Assembly: GCA_963662465.1 (NCBI GenBank)
Contig: OY759599.1
Span: 4,800,001 to 4,864,000 of the forward strand
Source of the DNA: Desulfatiglandales bacterium
Lineage (GTDB): Bacteria; Desulfobacterota; DSM-4660; Desulfatiglandales; Desulfatiglandaceae
Length of the DNA stretch: 64,000 nt
Direction: 5' to 3'
Shown in pieces: positions 37,221-47,688 of the stretch (positions are counted from its first letter, which is position 1; the number at the start of each line of letters is the position of its first letter). The position numbers and the translations under genes are program-made. Below the pieces are notes generated by a model that saw nothing but the letters and a program-made list of their open reading frames with translations, was not told where the DNA came from and did no database searches.

Positions 37221-37725
37221 ATGAAGAGAAAGAGGTATAGCATTACACTTATACTCATTCTTTAATTTCTGTTGTTCAGCGTGCCAATCCTGGCGCTTGC
37301 TCTTGGTAATGCCAACGAGAATACATCCGGGGTAACAATTACTACAAATAAAAATCAAAAACGGCTCCATTTCAGATCTTACCCCACGACGATTATAGCT
37401 CACGCGGGGGAGGGGGGGGGAGGTCGGCGGTAGGGTGGGACAAAATTCTCTCGAAGCTCTAGATCGCAATTACGCAAAAGGGCATCGCTATTTCGAAATT
37501 GACTTCTGCTAGACATCCGATGACCGCCTGGTTTTAATTCATGACTGGAAAAGGACTTTTAGAGAATTATTCGACGACGCGAAAAAGAAGCCGTCGCTTG
37601 AACGGTTCGAATCCATGAAAATGAAACACGGTATGACTCAGATGTCCCTTGCTTCTCTTTTTCTCTGGTTATCGAAACATAATGACGCTCATATTATTAC
37701 CGATGTGTCGGACTTTTTTCAATAA
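37221..37725 (+). pseudogene. Glycerophosphodiester phosphodiesterase (GDPD)-like pseudogene
   Basis: IIAHAG...NSLEALDRNY.KGHRYFEIDFC*TSDDRLVLIHDW...IITDV; stops at 37263 and 37510, frameshift in poly-G ~37406-37420; promoter TTGACA-17-TACAGT at 37167-37195. Confidence 0.8.
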
Positions 37726-39493
37726 AGCGGGGCTATTAAGCTATTTAATCATTATTTCAAACTTTATTTTTCTTGTAGTATATCGGGCTTACGGGGTTTG
37801 GTCGTTTGTTTTCCGAAACACAGGTCGAAATGCGCCGGTTTTCTTGAACATCGTCAATAATGACGCCATCGTTATCGGTGCAGTGTTCTTACTGCTTCAT
37901 TTCGGTTTTTTTTATACATTTATAAAATCAATAAGATGGGTCGCTTATCTGTTGAAAGCGGTTGTGATTTTCATTACATTTCTTTACGCTATTGATGTGC
38001 TGCTGCTATTAAAATTTTTCAAGCGTCTTCATTACCATGATATTTTGAAATACGGCGCAGAAATTAAAGCCGGGCTTTCGTTCCTTATTCCTATGAAATC
38101 GCTTTTCTTCAATCTTTTTTCCACCGAGACGATCGGAATCATTCTTGCCGGCATCTTCGCTTTACTGCTCATTTCTTTTATGATGTTTCAAGTCACTGGA
38201 CGGCACAAAAAAATACATGGAAAACTACTCTTAATCTGTGGGCTTTGTTTTTCGATTTTCAGTTTTGTCCCACTGGATCACATTTTTCTTCATGGATGGG
38301 CCTATCAAAATTTATTTGCCTACAACATGCCCAAGGGTTCGGAAGAACCATATTCCAGTAATTTTATCGCGGCGCTGAAAGAAAAGCGGGAGAAAAAAAA
38401 GGAAATATCTGAAGGGCTGGGCAAACGGATTAACATAATGCTGGTGATTGTCGAATCACTTTCATCCTGTCAGAGTCAATTTTTCTCGGGCATCAACAAT
38501 TACACACCACATCTCGACGCCATTTCAAAAGAAAATCTGAGCTTTACGAACTTTTTCGCAAATGGCTTCACCACCGAACATGGCCTGATTGCGTTGCTTC
38601 TTGGCGAAGTTCCCTTACCAATCGTGGGCACGGGACAGCACTGTGCCTTCGAAGGTTTTTATCAAAAAGAGTCCGTAGCCGCTTTTTTGAACCGATTGGG
38701 CTATAAAACGTGTTTTCTAACCACTGGCGACTTGGGTTTCACGAACAAGAGAACATGGCTTGCGCGAATAGGTTTTGATGATGTTGAGGGAACTGAAACA
38801 CCTTTCTATAAAGAATGGCCGCGGTTCGCCTTCAACGCCGCACCGGATGAAGCCCTATTTGCCTATGCTATAAGAAAGATAGGAAACTTGAACTCGGATC
38901 AACAGCCCTATTTTATGGTTCTTGAAACAGTCACAAGTCATTTGCCCTTCCTTGATCCAGAGGGAAAATCCAACACAGAGAAAGCGGTGATTACTTATGT
39001 GGACCGGCAATTGGGAGTTTTTTACAAAAAGCTTGAGGATTGCGGTTTTTTCAGTAACGGCGTCCTTATTATCACAAGCGATCACCGGCTTATGGCGCCA
39101 CTTTCAAAGGCCGAAATGGATCGTTATGGGAATTCTGCCTTTGCCAGAATTCCGATGGTAGTAGCATCGGGCGGCAAGAAAAAGGGAAAGATCGATGCAT
39201 GCTTTCAACAAACGGATTTGTATTCTTCATTGAAATGGTTTGTTTCTGACCAGTATGAAAAGGACCCGTGGAACGGCAATTTTTTGCGCCCAGAACCAAC
39301 GCCGCCTTTCTGCATTTTAAAAAACATGGCTAATAACTACGATCTGGTGTATACGCGATGCGGTCCGGAAGAAGGATACATAAAACTCCAAGGAGACGGG
39401 ACGTACTTATGCCAGGGACGAATCAAGACGGAAAAGGTTAGGCTGATAATTGAAAAAATCAGCAGTGATAGAATCTTTCGCGATCAAAAATAA
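37649..39493 (+). CDS. LTA synthase/MdoB-like membrane phosphotransferase (sulfatase fold)
   Basis: N-terminal TMs, IVESLS, NGFTTE catalytic Thr, TVTSHLP, ITSDH; low GC; start uncertain. Confidence 0.85.
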   Translation: MLLFFSGYRNIMTLILLPMCRTFFNKAGLLSYLIIISNFIFLVVYRAYGVWSFVFRNTGRNAPVFLNIVNNDAIVIGAVFLLLHFGFFYTFIKSIRWVAYLLKAVVIFITFLYAIDVLLLLKFFKRLHYHDILKYGAEIKAGLSFLIPMKSLFFNLFSTETIGIILAGIFALLLISFMMFQVTGRHKKIHGKLLLICGLCFSIFSFVPLDHIFLHGWAYQNLFAYNMPKGSEEPYSSNFIAALKEKREKKKEISEGLGKRINIMLVIVESLSSCQSQFFSGINNYTPHLDAISKENLSFTNFFANGFTTEHGLIALLLGEVPLPIVGTGQHCAFEGFYQKESVAAFLNRLGYKTCFLTTGDLGFTNKRTWLARIGFDDVEGTETPFYKEWPRFAFNAAPDEALFAYAIRKIGNLNSDQQPYFMVLETVTSHLPFLDPEGKSNTEKAVITYVDRQLGVFYKKLEDCGFFSNGVLIITSDHRLMAPLSKAEMDRYGNSAFARIPMVVASGGKKKGKIDACFQQTDLYSSLKWFVSDQYEKDPWNGNFLRPEPTPPFCILKNMANNYDLVYTRCGPEEGYIKLQGDGTYLCQGRIKTEKVRLIIEKISSDRIFRDQK

Positions 39494-39594
39494 TACAACA
39501 AACGAATATCGTTTTGTTCATCTTTCCGCAGGTGTAATAAGAGAGTGAAACCCGAATTAACGGACATTATACAGGTATTGAACTTATAAGACCT

Positions 39595-40992
39595 TCATTC
39601 GGCCAACACGATGACAGGCCGCCAAATAAGCCATGTATCTTCGGGTTTGTCATGGAGAATGAATCGGGCGCCTTTTTTGACAACCCTTCCCGATGGAGAA
39701 GACGGCTTTGCACTCTTTTTGGCCGGTATCTTTTTTTCCAATCCGTATTCGTTTAGTTCCACGCCCTTTTCTTTATGTTTTGATTCGACCTTCACCGGCT
39801 GTTTCTCGGGGGTAGCAAAAGCGACCCCCCCTGCCAGCATGGCTTCAAGGGATTCGGTTTTCACCTGTGCCCCGCTGAAAAAGCCGAAACTCATATTGAT
39901 GCCCGATGCTTTCCAGAATTTTGAATCGGTTCGCACCAGGGGCGCGTAATAACGTTCGATATCCAAATCCACCAAGGCGGAAACGGCGTCCGGTGAGAGA
40001 CGACATTGGGTTACTTTTCCCACCTTGATTTGACGAAAGTAGACCGGGTCCCCCGGTTTAAGGGAACCGGCCCGTTCCGTTTCAAGGGTAATTTGGAGAC
40101 CTTCTTTGGATTCGATTTTTTCAGGCGTGATCCCGCTTCCCTCCTGCAGGGCGGCATCCCTGTTTTCAAAAAGCCGAAATACATCGCCGTTTTGAGCGTC
40201 CTTAAGGCCTTTTCCATCGCCCGACGTGAAAAAAGCGATACCGCCCTTGACCAGAGCGCTGAGGGCCTCCGTACGGATTTTAAAACCGGAAAGCCCCCCC
40301 TCCAGGGTAATGCCGCTCACGCTGTAAAACCGGGATTTTTTTTTCAGCAGATGGGCGTACTCTTTTTGAATGAAGACATCAATGGCTACATTATTGTCTT
40401 TTCCCAAAGCACATCTCTGGATTTTACCCACCTCGATCCCCTTAAAATATACCATGCTGCCGGTATCGAGAGACCCCAGGTTGCCGGCGGTAAGCTGAAT
40501 CTGAAGTCCAGGCTCGGTGGATGTCATGGGCGGGGGCTCTGAAAGGGCTGTAAATTGAAAGGCCTCTTCCCCTTTTCCCGGTTTTAAGGCAATGTAGTTG
40601 CCTCTTAAAATAGTTTCCAGTCCGGTAATCCCCTGAGCGGAGATGCGAGGTTCCACCATCCAGAATTTGGCGCCTTGGGTCAGAAGGCTTTGAGCGCTTT
40701 TCACGAATTCCACCTGAACATCAACGCCATTAAAATCCTTATTGATGGTCAGGCCCTGCACCAGTCCGATGGGCATACCGCGAAACATAACCCGGGTCTT
40801 GCCTTTCTCGATCCCCTGGGCCGTGGCAAATGTCATCACCACCTTTATGCCGGCATCCACAATGCTTTTATAAACCAGCCAGCCGGCGATGAGAAGCGCC
40901 ACAATGGGCAGAATCCAGATAGGTGAAATCCCTTTTCGCTTTTGCATGTCAGGTTGGCCGATATTTGCACTTGCCGAAAGATCATCCATCAT
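39595..40992 (-). CDS. Multi-MCE protein (PqiB/LetB family)
   Basis: SPIWILPIVA TM, three MCE repeats, LetB-like C-terminus. Confidence 0.88.
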   Translation of the reverse strand: MMDDLSASANIGQPDMQKRKGISPIWILPIVALLIAGWLVYKSIVDAGIKVVMTFATAQGIEKGKTRVMFRGMPIGLVQGLTINKDFNGVDVQVEFVKSAQSLLTQGAKFWMVEPRISAQGITGLETILRGNYIALKPGKGEEAFQFTALSEPPPMTSTEPGLQIQLTAGNLGSLDTGSMVYFKGIEVGKIQRCALGKDNNVAIDVFIQKEYAHLLKKKSRFYSVSGITLEGGLSGFKIRTEALSALVKGGIAFFTSGDGKGLKDAQNGDVFRLFENRDAALQEGSGITPEKIESKEGLQITLETERAGSLKPGDPVYFRQIKVGKVTQCRLSPDAVSALVDLDIERYYAPLVRTDSKFWKASGINMSFGFFSGAQVKTESLEAMLAGGVAFATPEKQPVKVESKHKEKGVELNEYGLEKKIPAKKSAKPSSPSGRVVKKGARFILHDKPEDTWLIWRPVIVLAE

Positions 40993-41609
40993 GGTTCAGC
41001 ATCCTCCCATATGAGCCGGGTATCAAATGTATTGGCTGCCAGCATGGTACACACCACCACTGCCGCAAAATAGGTGGCCGCGGGCGCAGCAGTGATGGAA
41101 TTCAAGGTCCCGAACTCCACAATAGCCACCATGAGGGCGATGACAAAAATATCCAGCATGGACCAGCGCCCAATGAACCGGATGATTCGAAACATCAAGG
41201 TCTTGTGCCTGAGCCACCCTTCCCACTTCCGCCGAATGGACAACAGGACCAGCATGATGCCGGTTACCTTGAATATGGGCACCAGAATGCTGGCGAAAAA
41301 AATCAAAAATGCGATCGCATAGTCGCCCGACTGTATGAAGAATTGAATGCCCTCCATGATGGTGTTGGGCGCAATATCGCCAAGGGTTGTCACCGTCATG
41401 ATGGGCAGGAAATTGGCGGGAAACAAAAAAATCACGCTGGTGATCAACAGGGCCCAGGTCCTTGTCAGGCTTCCGGGCTTCCGGGAATGCAGCCTGGCGC
41501 CGCATCGGGGGCAATGGCTTTTTGTTGGCGTATCTTTTTGAACCGTCAGCATACGGCATTCCCGGCACAGGACAAATCCCGCCTCCCGTGCGGTCATGGC
41601 CCTATTCAT
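40989..41609 (-). CDS. pqiA: PqiA/LetA family protein (second half)
   Basis: CxxC...CPRC, FPANFLPIM, GRWSMLDIF. Confidence 0.9.
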   Translation of the reverse strand: MNRAMTAREAGFVLCRECRMLTVQKDTPTKSHCPRCGARLHSRKPGSLTRTWALLITSVIFLFPANFLPIMTVTTLGDIAPNTIMEGIQFFIQSGDYAIAFLIFFASILVPIFKVTGIMLVLLSIRRKWEGWLRHKTLMFRIIRFIGRWSMLDIFVIALMVAIVEFGTLNSITAAPAATYFAAVVVCTMLAANTFDTRLIWEDAEP

Positions 41610-42285
41610 GGGATTTTCTCCTGTCTTCTTCCATGAGAACCCAATACCGGTGTTCATCCAGGCTGATGGCGGCGCAAATGGCAATCATTAAAAGCGCCAC
41701 AAAACAGAAAAGGCCTAAGTCATAGGAGAGCTGCGCCAGATCCTTCAGCTTTATAATGGAAACCAGAATTCCCAGCATATAGATTTCAAGCATTCCCCAC
41801 TCATCCAAAAAATGGTAGGCCCTGAAAGCGAGGACGGGAAAGCGCCGGCTGGACTTTAATAAGATGGAAAGAGAGACGGTGAACAGCACCAGCAATTTGA
41901 TAAAGGGCACAGCCACGCCGGTGAGGAGTACCAAAATGGACACCACGTGAAAACCGGACTGAAAAAGAACACTGGTGCCGTGGACCAGGTTTGTTGCCTG
42001 TTCCAAACCCATGGCGTTCAAGGTCATGATGGGCAGCAGCATGGCGGGGAAAAAAAGAATCAACCCCGTTAAACTCAGGGCCAGGGTTCGTTCAACGGTA
42101 TTCTTTTTGGGCATGAAAAGGACGCTGCCGCAACGGGGGCAACGGCTTTTAAGCCCTACGCCCATTCTAATATCCTTCAACAACAGGTCACATTCCGGGC
42201 AGGCAATTAACCCCTTTGAACCCTGTCGTTTCAGGCCCTGAGGCTTCAGATAGGGGGCAAACCCGTCGAGGATTGGTTCTCTCAT
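41602..42285 (-). CDS. pqiA: PqiA/LetA family protein (first half)
   Basis: CPECD...CPRCG, EWGMLEIY...IKL. Confidence 0.9.
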   Translation of the reverse strand: MREPILDGFAPYLKPQGLKRQGSKGLIACPECDLLLKDIRMGVGLKSRCPRCGSVLFMPKKNTVERTLALSLTGLILFFPAMLLPIMTLNAMGLEQATNLVHGTSVLFQSGFHVVSILVLLTGVAVPFIKLLVLFTVSLSILLKSSRRFPVLAFRAYHFLDEWGMLEIYMLGILVSIIKLKDLAQLSYDLGLFCFVALLMIAICAAISLDEHRYWVLMEEDRRKSHE

Positions 42286-42299
42286 GATACGGACCGGAA

Positions 42300-43075
42300 T
42301 CAGGGTTCCATCTCCAGGATAAATTCCAGCACGTTTTTATTGAACACCTGATGGTTTTCAATCATGACCATATGACCGGCTAACGGAATGATCTCACACC
42401 GGCTTCCCTGAATGGCACCACTTAGTTTTCTGGAAAGGGAGGGGGGCGTTAGTTGATCCTTTTCCCCGCAAAGGATGAGCGTGGGAAGACTGATCCGTGA
42501 TATGCAGTCTCGCAAGTCAAACCGGTTGCAGGCCAGGAAATCCCCATGAACAAGGGTGGGTCCGGCTTCCCGCATGAGGGCCGCGCCCTCCGTGATGAAT
42601 CGGCTGTCGGCTGCCGGTGCGTAGGCGTACCCCATAATAGCATCAATGGTTTGTTCAAAATTGTGTAACAGGCCCTCCAGAAATGCAGGGGCCACAATGA
42701 GGCGGGGCCCCGTGCCTGCCAAAATGATCCCTTTCATCAAAGAGGGGCTCGTAATAGCCATCTGTTGAACAATGGCCCCCCCCATGGAATGGCCCATGAG
42801 GAAGGGGGGGTCGGAAAAATAAGCTTTAAGGATTTCCATCAACCATTGGGCATACCCGTCGATGGTGTCTTGCGGATTTCCGGCGGATTCTCCATGGCCC
42901 GGCAAATCAAGGGCAGGGTATTGAGTTTTGATTTCAGCGGGTAGACCTGATTGCGCCAGTTTTGTGCCCCCCCTCCGGCCCCATGGATCATGAGAAGCGT
43001 CGGGCGATTTTCCTTGAAATCTTCAGTGCCGGCTTCGAATCCGATACCGGCATTTTTAAGTGCTTTAAGGTTCAT
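42300..43075 (-). pseudogene. Alpha/beta hydrolase split by a 1-bp frameshift
   Basis: HGAGG in ORF 42839-43075; DLPGHG, GHSMGG, D and H in ORF 42300-42905; one base missing near 42914. Confidence 0.8.
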
Positions 43076-43098
43076 TCGTCAAACTCCATATTTTTTTA

Positions 43099-44088
43099 TC
43101 ACCAGCGGACCAGGGCGCTGCCCCAGGTGAGTCCGCCGCCAAAAACCGGAAGACAGATCAGGTGACCTTTTTGAATACTGCCGTCCCGAACCGCTTCATC
43201 AAAAGCGATGGCACAGGAGGCCGAGGAGATGTTGCCGTATTTGTTGAGGGTGACATAAAATTTTTCCATGGGGAGTTTCAACATCCTGGCCATGGATTGA
43301 AACATGCGTAAATTGGCTTGGTGAGGAATGAACCAGTCAATATCCTGAACGTCCACCTGGTTATGCCGGGCCGCTTCCTGGATGGAATCAACGAAATGTC
43401 TGACCGCCACCCTGAAACTGTTACTGGCTTCAATCAATTGAAGACAATGGCGCTTTTCATCCACACTGTCATGGGAGATGGGGGTGGTTTTGCTTCCGCC
43501 GCCGGGCATCAGGAGATCCCGGCCATTGTAGCCGTCGGTGTGAAGATGGGTGGACAGTATTTCCGGCCCCACTTCTCCCCTCTGCAACACGGCGGCGCCG
43601 GCCCCGTCTCCCCAGAGGATGCAGGAGGTTCGGTCCGTCCAGTCCAGGGTGCGTGTCATCACCTCGGAGGCCACCACCAAAACCCGTTTGGCGGCGCCCG
43701 TTTTCAGATATTGTTCCGCCACATTGAGTGCAAAAATAAAACCGGAGCAGGCCGCCGTAATATCAAATGTTACAGCCCCGGGAGCATCCAGTTTGGCCTG
43801 AAGCCAGTTGGCGGCGGAAGGGCAGCAGGTATCCGGCGTAATGGTGGCCACGATCATGAGGTCAATCTCCCGGGCGGTAACACCGGCCATATCAAAAGCC
43901 CGAAGGGCCGCTTCACGGGCAAGATCGGCGGTGGTAACGTCCGGATCGGCGATTCTTCGCTGGCTGACGCCGGTTCTCTTGACGATCCACTCATCGGAGG
44001 TTTCCAGTCCCATTTTCTCAAGGTCGAAGTTGGACAGAATCTTTGGCGGTACATAAGATCCCGTCCCCAGAATTCTTATGGATTGCAT
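43099..44088 (-). CDS. fabH: 3-oxoacyl-ACP synthase III
   Basis: AACSGF, GDGAGA, PHQAN, GNISSAS, FGGGLTWG. Confidence 0.93.
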   Translation of the reverse strand: MQSIRILGTGSYVPPKILSNFDLEKMGLETSDEWIVKRTGVSQRRIADPDVTTADLAREAALRAFDMAGVTAREIDLMIVATITPDTCCPSAANWLQAKLDAPGAVTFDITAACSGFIFALNVAEQYLKTGAAKRVLVVASEVMTRTLDWTDRTSCILWGDGAGAAVLQRGEVGPEILSTHLHTDGYNGRDLLMPGGGSKTTPISHDSVDEKRHCLQLIEASNSFRVAVRHFVDSIQEAARHNQVDVQDIDWFIPHQANLRMFQSMARMLKLPMEKFYVTLNKYGNISSASCAIAFDEAVRDGSIQKGHLICLPVFGGGLTWGSALVRW

Positions 44089-44110
44089 GGTTTCCTTTTT
44101 CTCCACACCC

Positions 44111-44135
44111 AAAACTTAAAACTTAAAACTTAAAA
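44111..44135. repeat. Heptamer tandem repeat (AAAACTT) x3.5
   Basis: Direct reading; same unit at 47633-47650 (inverse) and 61683-61717. Confidence 0.8.
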
Positions 44136-44254
44136 ATGATACCTATCATTTGTGTAATATGTTGTCAATTGGCAATAAAAAGCGTAAAAAATGTCAGGGA
44201 CCTGGCCCTTTGCGGGATACGAAAACACCGATTTTTTATTGAAAGGCGGTTTTG

Positions 44255-45415
44255 ATGATGGAAGCGGCGCTAAACCATATGATTTACCTGGATCACAACG
44301 GAACGACCCCCATTGCGACCGAAGCCATTTCGGCAATGACGCCCTTCATGGCGACGCATTTCGGCAATCCTTCCAGCACTCATGCCTTGGGTTTCAAGGC
44401 AAAGCAAGGCGTGACGCGTGCCCGGGAAGAGGCAGCGGCGCTCCTGGGTTGTCAACCGGATGAAATCGTTTTCACATCCGGCGGCACCGAGAGCAACAAT
44501 ATGGTCCTCAAGGGACTGATTGATTTCAGGCATCCGGAAAATTTTCATTTGATTACATCCGCCATCGAACACCCGGCAATTCTGAATCCTGCCCTGTTTT
44601 TAAGTGAACTGGGGGCCGGGGTTACCATCCTTCCAGTGGATGCGAAAGGCCGCATCGATCCGGATCAGGTTCAAAAAGCCATTTTGCCCAATACCCGGCT
44701 GATCAGTCTCATGCTGGCCAACAACGAAACCGGAACCCTTCAGCCCATCAGAGAAGTGGCTGACATCGCTCATCATCACAACATTTTGCTCCATACGGAT
44801 GCGGCCCAGGCAGTGGGAAAAATTCCCGTTGGAGTCAAAGAACTGGGGGTGGATTTTCTGAGCGTGGCAGGCCATAAGCTTTACGGCCCCAAGGGCGTGG
44901 GGGCTCTTTATGTGCGTGATGGCCTTTCGCTGACGCCGCTTGTTCACGGGGCCGGTCAGGAAAACGGACGGCGGGCCGGGACGGAAAATACCATCCTGAC
45001 GGTGGGCCTCGGGGCCGCATGCCGGGTGGCCAAGGAGCGACTTTCCAAAGATGGGCAAGTATCCCGGTTAAGGAACCATTTACAAACCCTTCTGTTTGAG
45101 GGTATTGAAGGACTTGTGTTAAACGGCCATGAAACCTTGCGGTTGCCCAATACCCTGAATGTCTCCGTTCCGGGCCTTGAAGGGGGGCGCATCCTGGAGG
45201 GGGTTCCCACGGTCCTGGCTTCCACCGGCGCCGCATGTCACGACCAACGGGTAACCCTGTCCCATGTGCTGTCCGCCATGGGCGTTTCTCCCCGGGTGGG
45301 CATGGGGGCGCTGCGATTCAGTTTGGGAAGAAGCAATACCCTGGAAGAAATTGAAGCAGCCGCCCGGGCTGTCATCCACCAAGTCCGAAGGATGCGGGAT
45401 GATCAAACCCCCTGA
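44255..45415 (+). CDS. Cysteine desulfurase (IscS/NifS type)
   Basis: IYLDHNGTTP, TSGGTESNN, HTDAAQ, GHKLYGPKG, STGAACH. Confidence 0.93.
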   Translation: MMEAALNHMIYLDHNGTTPIATEAISAMTPFMATHFGNPSSTHALGFKAKQGVTRAREEAAALLGCQPDEIVFTSGGTESNNMVLKGLIDFRHPENFHLITSAIEHPAILNPALFLSELGAGVTILPVDAKGRIDPDQVQKAILPNTRLISLMLANNETGTLQPIREVADIAHHHNILLHTDAAQAVGKIPVGVKELGVDFLSVAGHKLYGPKGVGALYVRDGLSLTPLVHGAGQENGRRAGTENTILTVGLGAACRVAKERLSKDGQVSRLRNHLQTLLFEGIEGLVLNGHETLRLPNTLNVSVPGLEGGRILEGVPTVLASTGAACHDQRVTLSHVLSAMGVSPRVGMGALRFSLGRSNTLEEIEAAARAVIHQVRRMRDDQTP

Positions 45416-47633
45416 ACCATTTTCCTGTTTAAAAATTGCGGTATCGGCGCCCGTCAAGGAATCTTTTTTCTATTCCGTTCCGGAAAGCCTAAAACCTCTG
45501 GTTCACATCGGCAGCCGCGTTCTGGCGCCCTTCAATCGCCGTCGGGTAACGGGTTACGTGGTGGAAAAGGTCTTTGAAATGCCCGACTGCAACCTGAAGG
45601 ACATTGAGGACCTGCTGGATCCGGCCCCCCTCTTTCACCCGCAAATGGTGCCCTTTTTTGAATGGATCGCCGATTATTACCGTCATCCCCTGGGCATGGT
45701 CATCCATTCTTCATTGCCCGGCGAGCCCTATAAGGGGGCAGTGTTGACGGAGAAGGGAAAGGCCTTTCTCGACGGCAGACTCTTTGATTCTGAAGATGCC
45801 CGCATATTAAGCTGGATCGGCAAAAATCCCGAAAAAAAACTTTCCTGGCCCATGAAAAAGATCTATCCCCTTCAGGCGGAAGGATGGATCAGGGTACAAC
45901 GCAGCATGAAGCGCGTTAAGAAAAAAGGCATTCCAGCGCTCGGAAACCCGCCGGAGTCTATGGCATTGCCTTCTCCGAGCCCCCACCACTTGAACCCCCA
46001 TCAGCGTCAGGCCCTGACGCAAATCAGTGAGAGCCTTAACCGGAGCGCCTTTGGTTCCTTTTTGCTTTACGGGGTAACGGGAAGCGGCAAGACCGAGGTC
46101 TATACCGGGGCCGTTGAACATGCGGTGCAATTGGGCAGGCAGGCGATTCTCATGGCCCCTGAAATTCTTTTGGCGGGCTATCTGGAAGCGGTCTTCAGGG
46201 ATCGACTGGGAGACCGGGTCGCCCTTTATCACAGCGGTCTAAGCAAACGGGAACGAAATTACCAGTGGTCTCGAATGGCCGCTGGAGAAGTGGACCTGGT
46301 CATCGGCGCTCGTTCGGCCCTCTTTGCGCCCCTGCCTCGCCTGGGGTTGGTGATCGTGGATGAAGAGCATGATGCCGCCTATGTACAGACCGGAAGCGGC
46401 GGACCCCACTATTCCGCCAGAGACGCCGCCGTGGTCAGGGCCCGGATGGAAAACGCCGTGGTGGTTTTGGGTTCAGGCACCCCGTCGGTTCAATCTTTTC
46501 AAAATGCCGGCAACCGACGTTACCATCTCCTCAACATGCCCGAGCGGGTGGAACAGCGGCCCATGCCCCGAATGGAAATTGTGGACATGCGAAAGGTCAA
46601 GGATGCCCACGGCAAGGAACTCATGATCAGTCCCAGACTCGAAAAGGCCCTGCGGGAAAATCTGGCTGCCGGCAACCAGGCGATTTTGTTCCTGAACCGA
46701 AGGGGATTTCATCGAATTTTTCTATGTCGATCATGTGGCCAGGCCCTGCGCTGCCCCAATTGTGATGTATCGCTCACCTTTCATCTCAATGAAAACCGTC
46801 TGGCCTGCCACTACTGCGGATTCAAATCCCCGTCGAATGTCCCGTGTGCATCCTGCGGGGGGCATAGTTTGAAACCCTTCGGATTCGGAACGGAAAAGAT
46901 GGAAGTCGAATTGAACGCCCTTTTTCCAGAGGCCGAAATCTCTCGAATGGATACGGATTCCACTCGGAAAAAGGGAGCGGCCCTGAAAATTTTAAAACAG
47001 TTTGACCAGCGTAAGATCGATATTCTGGTGGGGACCCAGATGATTACCAAGGGGTATGATTTCCCCAATGTAACCCTGGTGGGCATTATCGCGGCGGATC
47101 TGACCTTGGGGTTTCCGGATTTCAGGGCGGGGGAAAGGACCTTTCAACTGCTCTGTCAAGTGGCCGGCAGGGCGGGACGGGGCGATCATGAAGGACAAGT
47201 GATTGTTCAAACCTTCAACCCGGATCATTATGTGATTCAAACGGCCGTAAACCACGATTTCAACCTGTTTTTTAAAAAGGAAAAGGATCTCAGGCAACAG
47301 CTTCGGTATCCTCCCTTTTCCAATCTGGCCTGTCTGAAATTTCAGGGAGACGATGCCGTAAAAGCCGGGGCGGCAGTGCGCGAACTGGGCATGCAGCTAA
47401 GACGGATGCTCCGAAGCTGGCCCACCCGGGGAAAGGAAATTCAGTTGCTGGGTCCGGTTGCCGCGCCCATGGCCCGGTTAAAAGGGAAATTCCGATGGCA
47501 ATTGCTGGTCAAGTGCGGAAACGGTTCTCTGCTGAAACATTTTCTTCAGGAGGCGGAGAGGATTTCCGTGCGGATACTGGGTGCAGGTCGAGTCCGGTTG
47601 CTGGTGGAAGTGGATCCCTATGATATGCTTTAA
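45399..47633 (+). CDS. priA: Primosomal protein N'
   Basis: GVTGSGKTEVY, DEEH, Cys-rich region, QVAGRAGR; start MIKPP at 45399. Confidence 0.96.
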   Translation: MIKPPEPFSCLKIAVSAPVKESFFYSVPESLKPLVHIGSRVLAPFNRRRVTGYVVEKVFEMPDCNLKDIEDLLDPAPLFHPQMVPFFEWIADYYRHPLGMVIHSSLPGEPYKGAVLTEKGKAFLDGRLFDSEDARILSWIGKNPEKKLSWPMKKIYPLQAEGWIRVQRSMKRVKKKGIPALGNPPESMALPSPSPHHLNPHQRQALTQISESLNRSAFGSFLLYGVTGSGKTEVYTGAVEHAVQLGRQAILMAPEILLAGYLEAVFRDRLGDRVALYHSGLSKRERNYQWSRMAAGEVDLVIGARSALFAPLPRLGLVIVDEEHDAAYVQTGSGGPHYSARDAAVVRARMENAVVVLGSGTPSVQSFQNAGNRRYHLLNMPERVEQRPMPRMEIVDMRKVKDAHGKELMISPRLEKALRENLAAGNQAILFLNRRGFHRIFLCRSCGQALRCPNCDVSLTFHLNENRLACHYCGFKSPSNVPCASCGGHSLKPFGFGTEKMEVELNALFPEAEISRMDTDSTRKKGAALKILKQFDQRKIDILVGTQMITKGYDFPNVTLVGIIAADLTLGFPDFRAGERTFQLLCQVAGRAGRGDHEGQVIVQTFNPDHYVIQTAVNHDFNLFFKKEKDLRQQLRYPPFSNLACLKFQGDDAVKAGAAVRELGMQLRRMLRSWPTRGKEIQLLGPVAAPMARLKGKFRWQLLVKCGNGSLLKHFLQEAERISVRILGAGRVRLLVEVDPYDML

Positions 47634-47688
47634 AGTTTTAAGTTTTAAGTAAAAAAATGTAAAGATGTTAAAGAAAGGTGGTACTCAA

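Noticed and set aside
37510..37512. TAG read-through (pyrrolysine) in the GDPD-like frame
   Set aside because: The frame also has a TAA and a frameshift; the TAG is best explained as TGG-to-TAG decay
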